A stretch of 64,000 nt of DNA. Origin: Phoronis australis (taxonomy: Eukaryota > Animalia > Phoronida). Made by a program: the position numbers and the translations under genes. The DNA is taken from assembly GCA_002633005.1 (NCBI GenBank), contig NMRA01000023.1, forward strand, positions 178,580 to 242,579, read 5' to 3'. Shown one piece after another: positions 28,066 to 41,710 of the stretch (position 1 is the first letter of the stretch; each line of letters begins with the position of its first letter). The notes beneath the pieces were generated by a model. That model saw only the letters and a list, made by a program, of their open reading frames with translations, ran no database searches and was not told the origin of the DNA.

Positions 28066-31000
28066 AAGATGCTTGTCTACAGTATTGTGTTCCACCATGC
28101 TATAGATCATGCGGATGTCTGCTAATGGTGGCCCTAGCAATATGGTAGAAGTTCGATTTCGAAAATGAAATTTAGAGTTTGTTCTCGAAATATCGAGTTT
28201 TTACTTGAGTGTGTCCCTCGATTAAGGAATTCATCAAATGCGAATTTGGACTAGAAACTCATTTGAGTAAACTATATCGTACTCGAGCATACAACCACGG
28301 CTTTTCAGAAAGGCATTAACTGGAATTGTTATTCAATCATCAATTACGTAACAGCAGATGTGTCTGATTCTGTGCTAGTGACTGTGTTGCTCTGTACAGG
28401 GTTTAAACTTACGTATCCAATGTTTCTACTTATTGTACCTGATCTAGCTATCAAACATATCCTTTTTGTTTTGTTTTTATTCTTAGAAGTGCTCAAAATA
28501 GCATGCTTCTTGGTGGTCTTTGAAATCCAGGCATTAAACTTGAGACATTAGCGTTTTGTAAAGTGGCTATAATCATAGTCCACATTTGGATGGGTGTTCC
28601 ATGCAATGGAAGCTTTTTGAGCTTCATGAACAAGCAATTAAGTAAAAGCCTGTTCTGGTTGAATTTACTTGATTTATTTTCAGTAAAATAGCCAAGAATG
28701 GGGAATATTTTATTCCGAAGTCATACAAATGTATATCACGAATTCCTATGCGTTTCGCCTAACGTGATAGTAGACCAGATCATTTAAGGTGGTTACAGCA
28801 GGCCTGTCTAGTGAATGTATGTATGTAAATCTATTCCTATATCTATACATATGCACACACGCACATGCACACACACAAATCCACACACAAACACAGACTC
28901 GGGACCTGTTCCAAGTCCACCTTAATTTAATTTTGACTAAGTTAAATATTTGTTTCAATCTTCAAATTCTCACATTCGGCAAGTCAATCGACAAAACTTA
29001 AGTCAAAAACTTCAGTCAAACTTAAAATCGCTTTCTTGAATTGAATTAAAACAAACTTATGTGTCAACTTAAATTTATTAAGTTTAAGATTTGTCTCAAC
29101 ATAGTCAGTTTTCTTGGGACGGGCACCAGGTTTACGGTAGTGAGATAACTGTCGTGAATTCGTACTAAAGCAGGACGGAAAAAATTCGAACAAAACTTTG
29201 AGTACCATTTCGGCTAAAAATGTTAAGTGTGTTATGGGATAGTTTAATTTGAATCTCTACTTACGTTTCGTGCCTGTTCATTCTGCATATCTACTGTACT
29301 ATATCCTTTGGAAACAGCGCTTGACTGATAGTCGACATGGCTACCATTACAATACTGAACATGCTCACCAAACACGTTCTAGAAGACGATGATGTTTTTA
29401 AGTAACCTGAAAGAGAATTGGGGCGTTCCCTGTTGAAGCCATGAGTTTTCAACAAATGCTAGGTATCAGTATCATCGTCATCGCTCAAGGTTAAATCATC
29501 GCTCTCTGCATGGATTAAATGACGTTGGCCAATAATATGGTTTCAAAATTCCTTATCATGCAAGAGATCAATTTCCGTTACTAACATTGACCGATGGCAA
29601 CAATTAAAACGTTTGGAAGTTCTGGGGTTTGGTCACCCTTAAAATTATTCAAAATGGGCACATGTACGCATTACCAATGACTTGACTTGCTTGCTCATTC
29701 GACAACAATGATACGAGATCAATTTTTTGCAACGCACACTTTCGCACAATCACCCTATCGCACGCTTGCAGACTGCTATCCGTCCTTGTCCTTTATGTTT
29801 ATGGCACAAATGGCTTGTACGCACACTTAGTGTACTCCTGGAGATCAATTAACTTTTTTGTTCAAGACAACGCATTGCTTCAAGTGTTTCGCACTCAGGC
29901 GCGTGTCAAAATCTTTTACCAAGGTGTGTAGTACAATGGTAGCCCCCGCACTGCCATCTTGTCAAATCGCCGTAATGGTTATTGATCGAAAAATGAGCGC
30001 CTCCAGACGCAAATAAGCAACCAGGTAAACACAGATAAATTCATACTTTAATGGCGTACGACGTGCAATAGAATTACTATGTGATTAAAAATGCGTAAAA
30101 TACGTATAATATTATTTACATTCACTTAAAACCACTTACAACGAAAATGTGTATTGTAGACAATATAAAAATGTAACAGACAGTAAGATTTCGAGTTTCA
30201 TTCTCTTGAAGCTCCCTTCAAGAGCTACATGTATGGTTTTGGTTCGTGTTTGAGTTATTGATAAGGCAAATTACCTTTCCCAAGTGCATTTGATACCTCC
30301 ATGGACTCCATAATTTTAGTGATTGCTCCTGGCGATTCTGGGAGCATTTGACCCCAGGTGCCAGCGGAAAGCGGTACATGAGAGGAGTGTATAATCTTCA
30401 AAAAAACCAGGTGGGCGCTTTGTGGCTGTTGACCCCCTCCCATGGTGTTTTATTTATATGGAGTGCCAAACAAGTATAAGTAGGTGGGCACCAAATGGGA
30501 GATGACCGCCTCCCAGAGGATGCATGAGGGGAGTGCAAAACAGGTAACAACGAGATGGGCGCCGAATGGGTGATGACCCTCTCTGGGTGGGTGCATGGGA
30601 GGAGTACAAAACAGGTAAAAACCAAGGTGTGTGCAACATGGGTGTTGAGTCTCATCCATCGTCACAAAGTTCGGTTGCTATATCCCCCCGACCATTGGCA
30701 TTATGTGCTGAGGAGGTGGTAAGATTTGGCCCCCAAGGACTTTTTGTAATGACCGGTGGCCATGCCCTCTTGGTTATGTCAGTACCATCCTGGGTATTTT
30801 CTAACTCTTCATTCAGTACAAGGTGCTTCCTGCTCTACTGCTTGTTTCATCTCCATCCAACAATTTCGCATTTGTTCCCTATTGAATGCGACAGGCTACT
30901 AGCAGTGAAGACAATTGTTTTGTGCAGTATACATGTAGGCAAAAACCAACTGTACTTCATAACTACCACAACAATGTAATCCATTCTGATGCAATCCCAC

Positions 31001-31426
31001 ATCAATTGTTAGAACAACCCGTTATTACTTATTGACATGCCAGTACAACGGCGGCGAAATGAAATAAGAGGGGTTATATCCCCCAGACCCTTGTGGTGCG
31101 CCGTCCATGCAGTATATAATAAACTCTCCACTCTCCCACTACAAGCACCAAGTGTTATTCGACAACCGAGTGGCGCTAGTAGCAGCGATAACAGCGAACT
31201 CACCGGTGAATACTCCTATTATAGTAAGCTCCCCGGTTTTACTTTCGAGAGCAGACAGCTATGTGTCGTAGAGACTCATGTGTTAAGACCTTAAAATGTG
31301 GACTCAGTGTGGTTTACTAATTCTCAGTGTCTTTCGCGTGCTTCCTCATCCACGCAAACCCTCACGAGCTGTTGTCTTTACTCATGAGGTGTCCTAACAG
31401 GCAGAGCACCCTTACACACTGGATAC

Positions 31427-32387
31427 CATAGGCGGATTTGGAGGGCACAGGAGGCCCGCCGCCCCCCTGACTGCCGCAAAAAATAGAAAAGCAAGAGCGT
31501 AGGGAAATTACCATTATACGGCTGAAACTAGATTTAAATGTGTGCAGTTTTAGTGTATTTGGGGGGGACTCAGATCCAATTTCAAGTGTCAAATTAGGAA
31601 CACGGCGCAATCGTAACGGAACTATGGCTAAGTATAGGCTCTCCCGCGATATCCCAGACGACCGGCACTACGACTCCGTTTTCGTCGTCTGCCTCACTGT
31701 GCAATTAAGAAAATTACTTCATTTTTTAAAGAAAATTGAATCTGAGTGACGATTAAAAATTAGAAGCTGCTGGTGAGATGTGAATTTTAATCGAAGCCTT
31801 AGTGAATCACTCAGAAACTCAAAACTCTCTCTTTGTCAAACCTTAACTTAAGACGATTTCCAGAGCAATCGTGTCATTAATACCAACACAAAAAAACGGA
31901 TTTGGTCTTTTGGGCAATTGAAGACTACTTTAAATACAACAAATTTGTTACGAACTGATTGCACAAAATATAAAAAGTGTAATAAACATTACAAAAAGAA
32001 GTAGGTTTCGCGCCCAAACGATGTGGACCATAAACCAGTAGGTCTCTTAGAATGCAAATGCGAATGAAATCGTAATGGTGCAGTGGTAAAGCACGCGCAC
32101 TCTATCCGCCAGGTCTTGAGTTCGAGTCTGTGGTAATTGCGGGTTTTTCAAGTTTGACACGTTCTCCGTGTTTTTCTTTTTTTTTTCTTAGATAATATTT
32201 CAGGAATCAAGGAAAATGCTTGATTTTTAGAGGAAAAAACAGAAAAATTACCTGGGCGGGAGGGGAGCAAACCCTCTTCCCAACCTCCCCACACTCGGTG
32301 CTACTCGGTGCATCTACAATCGTGCTTTGCGCAAAAGTTTACAAACAAAATGTTGCCACCCCTTGTGACATCCTAGATCCGCCACTG
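31427..32387. mobile_element. MITE/non-autonomous hAT-like element with 5-bp TSD
   Basis: Termini CATAGGCGGAT...ATCCGCCACTG with GATAC duplicated on both sides. Confidence 0.7.
32073..32140 (+). mobile_element. tRNA-derived SINE head or tRNA pseudogene fragment
   Basis: A-box-like TGGTGCAGTGG and B-box-like GAGTTCGAGTC at tRNA-like spacing. No complete cloverleaf. Confidence 0.45.
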
Positions 32388-34928
32388 GATACGTACTCAT
32401 CTAATTTATAAATATTCATTTCAAAGAAAAACCCTTCCAAGATCCCCTCCGTTTGATCACGTTTATTTAAGTGCACCTTTTCCCAACTCACTGCCAATCT
32501 CAGAAATCCATTTATCTTGTGCCATCAGTTTTAAGTTCATATTGCGAATAAACATGTCGCATACTGATCTGCAGTCTTTCTTATGTTTTGTTATCTGCTT
32601 GAAAACTTCTGGACGTCGTGGTAGACGTCAGTGTAGTAAAACACAAAACTGCATTTCTGTCTTAGGTCCAGGTAGTCCATAAAAGTTGTTAGCGTACGTC
32701 TATATGAAAACATTTTACAAAATGTCCAATTATCTAAAAACGCTGATCGCTATGTTTTGCATCATATACACATCTTACTTAATTCGGCAAATTTTAAAGT
32801 GCGACGATGTCACATGGGTCAAAATGACAATTTCTTTCAAGATAGACAATATTTCCATCCAGAAGTTTTCTGGCCATTTTATCATTATTTACTCTAAATT
32901 AATTTAAAACGGGGTTTCTCTAGGTTCCTTATGTAAGCTTGGGAGGAAGACGGGAACGTGATAAACAAATGGGTACGTTTTGTCAATTGAATTGTTTTCC
33001 CAACTGTGAACCTCCCAAGCGCTACAAGATTTCACCTTGACCATCGATTCAATGTTTTATTTCATTCCGTTTTTCTCTGTAATTTAAATTTTGATTATTT
33101 TGCTAGCCTTTGCTATATGTAACTCCCAGTACGATGAATGTTTCTCTGCGCCATTTTAACTTTCTTTCCAAGCATAAAATGACCTCAAAATGTTTCCTGG
33201 AACCAACCCATACATATTGAATGTTTTCGATGTTTCGTTTAAGACTTGAAAACTTTGCATACTAGTGCAATAAGGTTAAGAGTGACTGCACAAGGCAGGT
33301 ATATCAGGCAAAAGTAAGAACATGACATACATACATCACAGATTTTTTGAAATACAGCTTATTTGAATACTTTTGATCAGTGATAACGCCAATTTTAACA
33401 AGTTTTAGACTAGTTCACGAAATAAATGGGCCAACAGAAGAAGGTTACTCAACTTTTCTAGCATGGTTCTGTCTAAGCTTGGTGAGTCACAATACAAAAA
33501 CTGAACATTAATCGAAATTTAATTGCAAATCCATCGTTTCAAAGAGGTTGTTGTCCTTGACGCTTCAGTTGATGGGTTATCGAGCTGAGAGTATAGGTCA
33601 CATTCAAGGGCACGTGTGCGAAGTGCGCAACATTCTGGTTTTAAGTTTGAAAATTCCTCTTGTGCCATTACTTGTTAAACAGAAAACAGCATCAATTGTC
33701 TTCACCAGAATTCGGATTGTGTAAATTTAACTCTGGATCCACGGAAAGGAAGGCAAGGTTGCAAGTTTCAAAGCTGTTGGTACATAACATATTTTGCTTT
33801 ATTGGATGATGTCCAGGATTTTGCTGAGGCAGTTCGTGCTTGTGCGGTAAATCATTGCAAGTAATAAACAAGAACTGAATGTAAGTATAATAAAAACATC
33901 TTGTGATTTACAATAACATTGGTCTATTGCGAATTACGATACCTCAATGCAGATAGTGTTGAATTTGTATTTCTTAATGTTAAATAGTTTTATTGAATCT
34001 GGAATTTGGTTAAGTTTCTGACAAAGAGTGTAGCCAAAGTAGTGATGAAATGCTTGTATTTTTATAGACAGACACTTGATGCGGCTAATTTTCATTTTAT
34101 TTTTAGTTCGGTCAACCTATTAGAGAGAATTAAAAGTTGTTCATATTCTCAGATTAAGACCCTTGTCTGATTCATACATGTACATGTAACCACGCTTAAA
34201 ATGCATCTAAGCGTGTACCAAGACTCCTCCGGAAACATGAGTGTTTATTGCAATATTTCATTATGGTGAATATTATTTATTGCCATACTTTTAATAGTAT
34301 TGTTCAACCTAGTCATCAAACTCATTATTTCTACAAAAAGTAGAAATAAATACAGAAACACGGGATATCCTTGTTTACAATCCTAGAGGTGTCGGACGAC
34401 TTGGAGGGCATTCCATTTTCTAATGCATGTACATGAATGCATGTACAGGCTTGCAAACCCCAATGGAGACTATGCATACACTCCTGCACACGTGCATGTG
34501 TAGTTCCCCGACACTAAACAATGCTAAAGTACATGTACATGTATTGTGCAATTTTTCACGACAAAGAATCGAATCATTTTTTTTCAAAATCGACCGTCAT
34601 AAGAAGCTCAGGAACGTTGTCTTCTTCTGTGTATTTGAATACAAATAAATGACAAACAATCAACTATTTTGTTTTCAAAATCGACCACCATAAGAGGCTC
34701 AGGAACATTGTTTTCTTCTCTGTATTGCACTATAAATAGACCTTGTATTTTCTCAATATGCGTTCCCGGTAGAAACTCCTTCGCGTTCTCATGAATCAAA
34801 TAGTCCAAGATAGATTTTTATCATTTCCTCTATTGAAGCTGACAACGGCTTACCTTTAATATTTAATAGGAAATATTTACCAGTTCTTAGTAACTTGCGA
34901 GTACTTGCACATCCACGTCAAACCCCAC

Positions 34929-35620
34929 TGTCAGAATATGGTCTGACAGTATTTTTAGTTGTATTGTTTTGTTTTGTTATTCTGTTTGATTGGCATGACC
35001 CCTGAGTTAAGTACAGTGATGATGTAATTTGTTTACTACAGTATAGTGTGGAACTTTCTAGAAGTCTGTAGCATGACAGTGATTGATGAAGTCTGGAATA
35101 TTCTAGAGACTAGTACATGTTTGTAGAAAGATTGGGTAGGTTCCAGAAAGTTCTGGTATGTGCTTGAATTGATGAAAAGTTCCAGAACAATGCGTTAGGT
35201 TATAAATACACAAGCACGGGTTTGTGTTAGTCAGTTAAGTCAGTTGAGTCCAAGAAGATCAAGTCGAGAGATCAAGTGAGTTCAAGTAAGTTAATCAGGA
35301 GAACTACAGTTGAGTTGCAGAATCAGCAGTTACAGCGATAGTCAATAGAGAGCCAGCTATAGAGACAGCAGGTTATTGAATTGAGTGTAACAGTTGCTGG
35401 AAGTATCTCAGAAGTTCAATACAAGTCAAGGCTTCGCAGCACTGGCTGGAGCATAAACAGACATTACGTCGGACGTTTTGTTTAAGTAGGCTTGTGAACG
35501 TACGGTCGGGATTAATAAAGGATTAACTCGAACCAGTCTTCAGTCAATCTTCACACCGAAAGCTATTAGCACCAGTCTGTAACAACCTGCGCCCACCCAC
35601 ACACGGGGAAAAACGTGACA
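34929..35620 (+). mobile_element. Solo LTR (692 bp)
   Basis: TGTCA...TGACA termini, perfect 5-bp TSD CCCAC (34924-28 and 35621-25), TATAAATA at ~35201, AATAAA at ~35514. Confidence 0.9.
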
Positions 35621-35685
35621 CCCACGACCAGTTCGAATTACTCATGACACGTTCAAACCCACAGAGCATCCCCACAGTCACTCAC

Positions 35686-35796
35686 CTAATTGATAAAGAG
35701 TAATCTCAAACGAAAGCTCCTCCATTGTCCTGTTCAAGCGATCGTAATAATACGTGTGTCTACAACGATACGTCCCAAAATCTGAGGTCCACATAC
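35686..35796 (-). CDS. Exon 11: Ig domain 2, F-G strands (RMWTSDFGTYRCRHTYYYDRLNRTMEELSFEITLYQL)
   Basis: DFGTYRC motif. Acceptor gttgtag|GT, donor G|gtgagt, 111 nt, phase 1-1. The donor shows the gene continues to lower coordinates, but those exons were not identified. Confidence 0.85.
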
Positions 35797-37479
35797 CTAC
35801 AACGTCACAAAAAAACTTTATTAGCATCAGAGCAGAAAATTGACATTTGCTTGAGGTGTAACTGGTAAATAAAGTAGAAGAAACATTCAACATATAAATC
35901 TTTTACGCGGTAAGAACGCAAACCACCCCTTAGTCAGCCGAACACAACTTGATAAGTATTCAGCATAAATTGTTGATGTTAAGGTCAGGTTAAAAACAAC
36001 CAACACATATCACGAGCTGTTCTTAACGTTTGAAGATCAGTCGAAAGATATCACGAAAATATATACATTTCGTAAAGTAGAGACCTGTATGTTTTTGCCA
36101 TTTAAGATTACTTTTTTATTTTTGTAAAGAGTGGGCTGGCTTTCCGCAGAAACTTTATTATTTACGCGACTAAGCATTGGAGTGATTGCCGATAATGAAC
36201 GCAAATCAGCTGATAGAGGAAATACATGTCGAATATAGACTATCAAACTGGAGGTAAAGTAAGTTTGGTGGATTATCACTTGTTTATCGCCAACAAAATA
36301 ACTGAGTTTGTTAAGTATAACTTTGGAAATCAAAATGTCAGTTTCTAACCCTTATAAGAAAACAAAGAAAACAAAAAACAGGATATTAAAATATCCCGTT
36401 TTTTCAAAAAACGGGATATTTTAATATCCTGTTTTTTGTTTTCTTTGTATCCCATTTGTTTCGTTCATTGTTCTAAAACCCCATCGACTCTCACACCCCA
36501 CGACCCCCTCGACCCACGACCCTCTCTACCCACAACCCCCACGACCAAGAACCCACAACCTCACGACCTTTGCCAATAGATGCATCATATTTCATAATCT
36601 CATTCAGTTGCTGAATGGCTTTCCAGTAAGACTTACCCACAAGATAATCTACTCTGCCTCAAGTCTGGTGGTCAAAAATTGAAAGTGGCTTAAAAACATA
36701 ATCTGAAATAGGGAATTGTGAGCGCCCTATCAAGCGTTGCCACGGAAATAGTTACATGAGCGGCTACCAGTGGTTCTGTTCTGCTAAACTTAGGGAGAGA
36801 GTACGTTAATGTAAAAGGACATATTTTTCATTTTTTTTATAATTTGCTCTCTGCTGTAGACTCGTTCACAATATACTTCATGTAAAGTTGATATACTTTT
36901 ATTTAAAAAAATGTTTTTTAACTGTAATTACACATTCGTCGGTTCCTCTCACTCTCTCAAAAACGCTTGAATCTGTCATTCACTAAAGAACAGACGAAAC
37001 GATTACACTTTGCCGGGAACGACATTTGTAACGTAGGTAGGTCCTTGATTTGATTTGGTCGCGATGATTTCCATCCGGTTTTTGGCTTTCAAACGTGCCG
37101 AATCGATTCTCTGAATTACAGAAAACAGGGAAAAGCTAGCCTAACTCACGGTCCAACTCGTTTGTCCTGCAACTCAGCGCTTGTTTTATGTTGAGATCGA
37201 GTCGAGCTTGCGTAGAATAGGTCGAGAGGGTTGTCGACCGGGGATCGAGGTGATCGTGGGTAAAGGGAGTCGTGGGTTGAGGGGGTCGTGGGGTGAGGGA
37301 TCGAGGGTTGTTTAGAACAATCCTCATTTTGCAACCACCATGCAAGACATTCTGGACAATTTCGGTCCTTTTAATTTTATGAGGTTCATTCTGCCAAATA
37401 AATTTGAAAAACGTACGTTCTAATTGGTGATCAAGTGGTGATCATGAGGCTATGTGGACGTAATTTCAGAAAACTTTCT

Positions 37480-38170
37480 GTGATGTTTTGGATAAACATG
37501 CACGTATTATCCACGTCAGAATCAAGGGTAAATCGCCTCCATGGTACAACGAGGAGCTAATTTCATTGTCTCGTATAGCCCAACGGTCGCGTAATATTTG
37601 TGATTTGAACAAATTCAAAACAACACGTTCATAATCTAACAAATAAAGCAGCAAAACAGGCCAAGGCAGAATATGATAATACATTAATTAATGACAACAA
37701 TTCAGAATGGAAATCCTTATGGAAATTCTGCTACTGGAATTGACGGCATGAATCTGAGTGTTTTGCAAATCTATTACCGCGACCTCAATTTCGTTTGTCA
37801 GCAAATTCATGGCCACGCTCTGCGACTGGGCGGCCTTGCTGACATATTAAATTATGGTATTACAGAACACTCTCTGTTCTATAAACGAGGATTTTCTCGC
37901 CCCAGGCAAGCACTTGCAGTGTATTGAGTTTGCGGATAATGTTCCTAGTGCATCATATTCAGCACGTGAAATTATCAAGTGGAGTACGATCTGACCACGG
38001 GGGTCCGGGCCCTGCTCGAACACGGCCAAATGACATGGAGAATAAAAAAATGTTCCGTCAATAAAAATGTTGATCCACTTCTCAAAAATGAAAGAAAATG
38101 AATTATGCAACTGTAGGCCTAATTGCCATTGACCTAGCGTGAATCAAAGCCTATTGGAAAATCATTGATT
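37480..38170 (+). mobile_element. CR1/L2-like LINE ORF2 relic
   Basis: VRIKGKSPPWYNEELI and a frameshifted NCRP..LT..LLE segment, typical of the tether and RT start. Heavily decayed. Confidence 0.5.
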
Positions 38171-38190
38171 ATACCCAGTCGAGTACGTAC

Positions 38191-38341
38191 GAGAGATGAC
38201 AATATCCACACTTTCGAAAGCTCCAGAGGCAACAGCTCCCGGCCCTGTCACAGTATTTAGTTGTCCTTTGTACCTCCCCATGGACTTGTAAGGTTCCAGG
38301 AGCGTTCCCTTGTCCCAAATATTTACGAAGTCATCAGATAT
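38191..38341 (-). CDS. Exon 10: Ig domain 2, middle (ISDDFVNIWDKGTLLEPYKSMGRYKGQLNTVTGPGAVASGAFESVDIVIS)
   Basis: Acceptor tatttcag|ATA, donor C|gtacgt, 151 nt, phase 0->1. Paralog of exon 5. Confidence 0.8.
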
Positions 38342-38751
38342 CTGAAATACGGTCAAATTCATTTCACGAACAATCCATGGCTGAAAAACAGTTAGGTGGC
38401 TCGTACCAATACCCTGTCACTTCTAAACCCGATAGCCAGGCCTCTTTACGTGCTCAAAAATCAAACTTTTGAATATGAGAGACTTGAGACTAATACTTAG
38501 ACCCCACTGAGGTTCTGGAATCATACAGATCATAGGCAACAAGACCTACTTAGCACGTTCACAGTTGTTGAGCGCAGCCTTCTACATAATTCTTTGGAGC
38601 GTTCCCTGTGTGTGTGTTTGCGATTCCTCAATAACCTGGACAGCGGCAAAATTCGACGCACAAACCGTTACTAAGTATTTCGTTTCCACTACAACCCGTT
38701 TCAATTCTTGCAAATCTCCGTTAATATTCGAAGCAACTGTAGCTTGATTAC

Positions 38752-38900
38752 CTTCCTTTGGACCTGCACTTCCAGACTCTGAAGAATCACGTTTGCAGAC
38801 CTCCACAGCTTGCAAGTTAACTTCAACCTTTGTCCTGGCCATTTGTACACATCTTCCCTAACATTTTCACCGTTTATCTGTAAGTCAGCAGTGCCGGGTC
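38752..38900 (-). CDS. Exon 9: Ig domain 2, strands A-C (PGTADLQINGENVREDVYKWPGQRLKLTCKLWRSANVILQSLEVQVQRK)
   Basis: Acceptor tttctag|GA, donor AAG|gtaatc, 149 nt, phase 1->0. GQRLKLTC B-strand. Aligns without gaps to exon 4. Confidence 0.8.
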
Positions 38901-41636
38901 CTAGAAATTCAAAACGTGTTGTGCGTAATCATTATCCTGTAAATATTCTACTGGTAAACTAACAACGCGAAGACCTATAGTTAAAAAACTGTTGAGTGAA
39001 CAAACTTCGTACGCGATATCATTACCAGCTTCAGGTTGCTCTAAATTTGACAAAGCTCATAGATTGTTTTATCGATGTGGTACATGTAGCATTTATTGCC
39101 CCTAACTTGGTTGAAACCGAAAGTAGAATCTTCTTAAATAGTGACAACGCTAAAACTCTGAATCACGGCGAAAAGAACGGCGGTAAATAAACTGGCAAAA
39201 GCAATGCATTTTGAGGACAGTCGCTACGCAGGTAACAATTCCGACGCCGGTCCCATTGCCATAAATTTGTAACATCCTTGATCCCCTTTTCCAACTTCCA
39301 AAATTTTCATGAGATCATCACGGATGGGAAATGGATACAACATCGTTTCGTACTGATTGTGAGCTAATCTCTCCTCAACAGAGAGCAAATTCTGTTGCAA
39401 GACAACCATGTGATCGGTAACACTTGTTATCACACCAACGTTTGCCCAATTTCTGAGCACAAGAGATGAGGAAAAAGTTTTGTTCAAAAATAGCATCAAA
39501 TTTTGATCAGCAAACATGTCGTCAGCTCGGCAATCGGCAAATCCGATGGCAAAATGAATTCCATCACGAACTTGACTTAAAAATGAAATGTGCGCTCAAG
39601 TATTGGCTTCCGGACGATCGTCAACACAGGCCTGAACGGGGTAGCCTTCAATCTTTAAGAGACGTGAAAAATGTTTCACCAGTAACGCTGATATTTGGCA
39701 ATAACAAGTCTTAACATATACTCTCGGCGACAGACTATCGACAAATTGTGTAGTTGTCTCCCCTCACTTTCACATTACTGATAATTAGTTCGATCCTGTT
39801 TGTTTCATGCTGCCAAGAATTAGAGCCTTCGCAGTACATGTATTACATATTACAAATTTCTGGCGATTGCTGAGTGAAGAAAATCCATTTTCCATCGAAG
39901 CACTAATACTGGTCCGATCGAGGAGCACGATTTAATTAGTAAGGGTGAAGGTGGGCACACAACGAATACATGTAAACAGTTAACCAGCAACAATCTGGTA
40001 CATACATACAATATCCTTTTCTTTCCGTACAACGTACTTGTTTTAATACATAAGTACAAAGCTAGTGCCATGAAGTTCCCGCGCAAACCATACGTTAGAA
40101 TAAACTGATCTGTTTATGCGATCTCCTCCTATCTCATTCCCTGTTAAATTCATTCAAAACACGTCTTAAGTCGAGGAGCTTGTACACTTCAAACTGATAT
40201 TTGCCCATTCTGCGATTGGCTGATATTCCACTGGTATGCTTGAATTGAAATAACACTTGATCACAAGATAACGTATGTATCAACTTGGAACTTTAAGGTC
40301 ACTCAGTCAATCATAAACTTAAGCAAATTAGAGGTTCATAAGGTTTCAAATGAAAGAGAGATCAGATCAAACCAGTCGTTCTTTTCTGAATACGAGTTTT
40401 AGGGGATCATTTTAATAATCCAAAAATGACATCATACTTAATCTTGAGATAGTTTGCACAATTTGTGTATATTCTCACGCATATCTCAATCAGCCAACAA
40501 ATCAGCGCAACAACCAACCATCCATAATAAGACACTTTTCTTAACATGTTCTCTGTACCGGAACGTGGTATTCTTGATTTGGCACAACCAATAGTGGGCT
40601 ACAATATATATATATCTATGAATATTTCGCACTACTGCGTATGTTTGACAACACGCGTAGGGATTCTTCTAAAACCCCATCGACACCCTCGACATCCACA
40701 CCCCACGAGGCCCTCAACCCACACTGGCAATCCCCTCGACCCACGACCCGTGGCAATAGATGCTTTTTACACATTACATAATCATACTACGTCGCTGACA
40801 AGCGAATTTGCCCTGACTCAAGACTGGTGGTTAAAAACAGAAAGTGGCGTGAGAACGTCATTAGAAATAGACGATTGTGAGCGTGCTATCGTTGTCACGG
40901 AAATAGTTCCACGAGCGGTTACCAATGATCCTGTTCCACTAAACTTAGGGAGATAGAACGTTAACGCGAATGTACAGTACATAATTCCACACTCTTTTAT
41001 ATTATTTGCTTCTTGTTGTGTACTTTTGTACAATATACTCCATATCACGCTGAGATACTTTTAGTTTAGTTTGTTTTTTCAAACTGCGTTTAGTGATGAA
41101 ATTACATATTTGTCGGTTCCTCGTTCAAATACTTTTGCATATCCCGAATCTCGATATAATAACCACTGGTACAAACAAGTACGTTGTATAACCTATGTTT
41201 AAATAACGTCTTGCGGAAATTGACGAACATTGTATAGAACGAGCTTCCAGCAAATTGACGGATTGATAGATTACACAATTTAAAGCATTTCCTTGGAGAG
41301 GTAGACAATTAGGCCCAGTATCATTGGAATGAAATCAAATGTTAAAATTCGAAAAAAGTTCCCTGATGTGTTTAGAGTCTGAAGTGCGGGAGATAATGAC
41401 ACTAGGGACTGGGTGAAGCAAAGGAGGCCGAACATCAGTGCAATTTTTCTGTAAAGCTTCAAAACGTACTCCAAAGACATTTTTGGTAATGCTCTGAGGA
41501 GGCCCAGGCCTTATGAGCTCCCTAAATTATAATGTAAGAGAGGTTTGTCACTTTTGATCAATCCTTGCGTAAACGCTTAGTTGTTTTGCGCAAAATAGTG
41601 TACATACACACGATGGCGCAGCCTAAATCTACTTAC

Positions 41637-41710
41637 TTATAATCACCACAGGGAACAGACCAAAGATTTCAGATTCTTCGCACCTGATTCCTTTATAGTC
41701 ATCTGTACAT
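41637..41710 (-). CDS. Exon 8: C-half of EGF domain 2 (CTDDYKGIRCEESEIFGLFPVVII)
   Basis: Acceptor tatttcag|A, donor A|gtaagt, 74 nt, phase 2->1. YxGIRCEE motif. Confidence 0.85.

Noticed and set aside
29264-29378. Candidate downstream exon (NVFGEHVQYCNG...ARN|gtaagt) on the minus strand
   Set aside because: No recognisable domain, phase 0 does not follow the phase-1 exon 11, and no paralog supports it.
34575-34740. ~90-bp tandem duplication with a short ORF
   Set aside because: Ordinary local duplication with no splice or domain support.
39200-39290. Possible decayed LDLa exon in module 2 (..NCYLRSDCPQ)
   Set aside because: Only a DCP triplet matches; cysteine spacing, the SDE motif and splice sites are missing.
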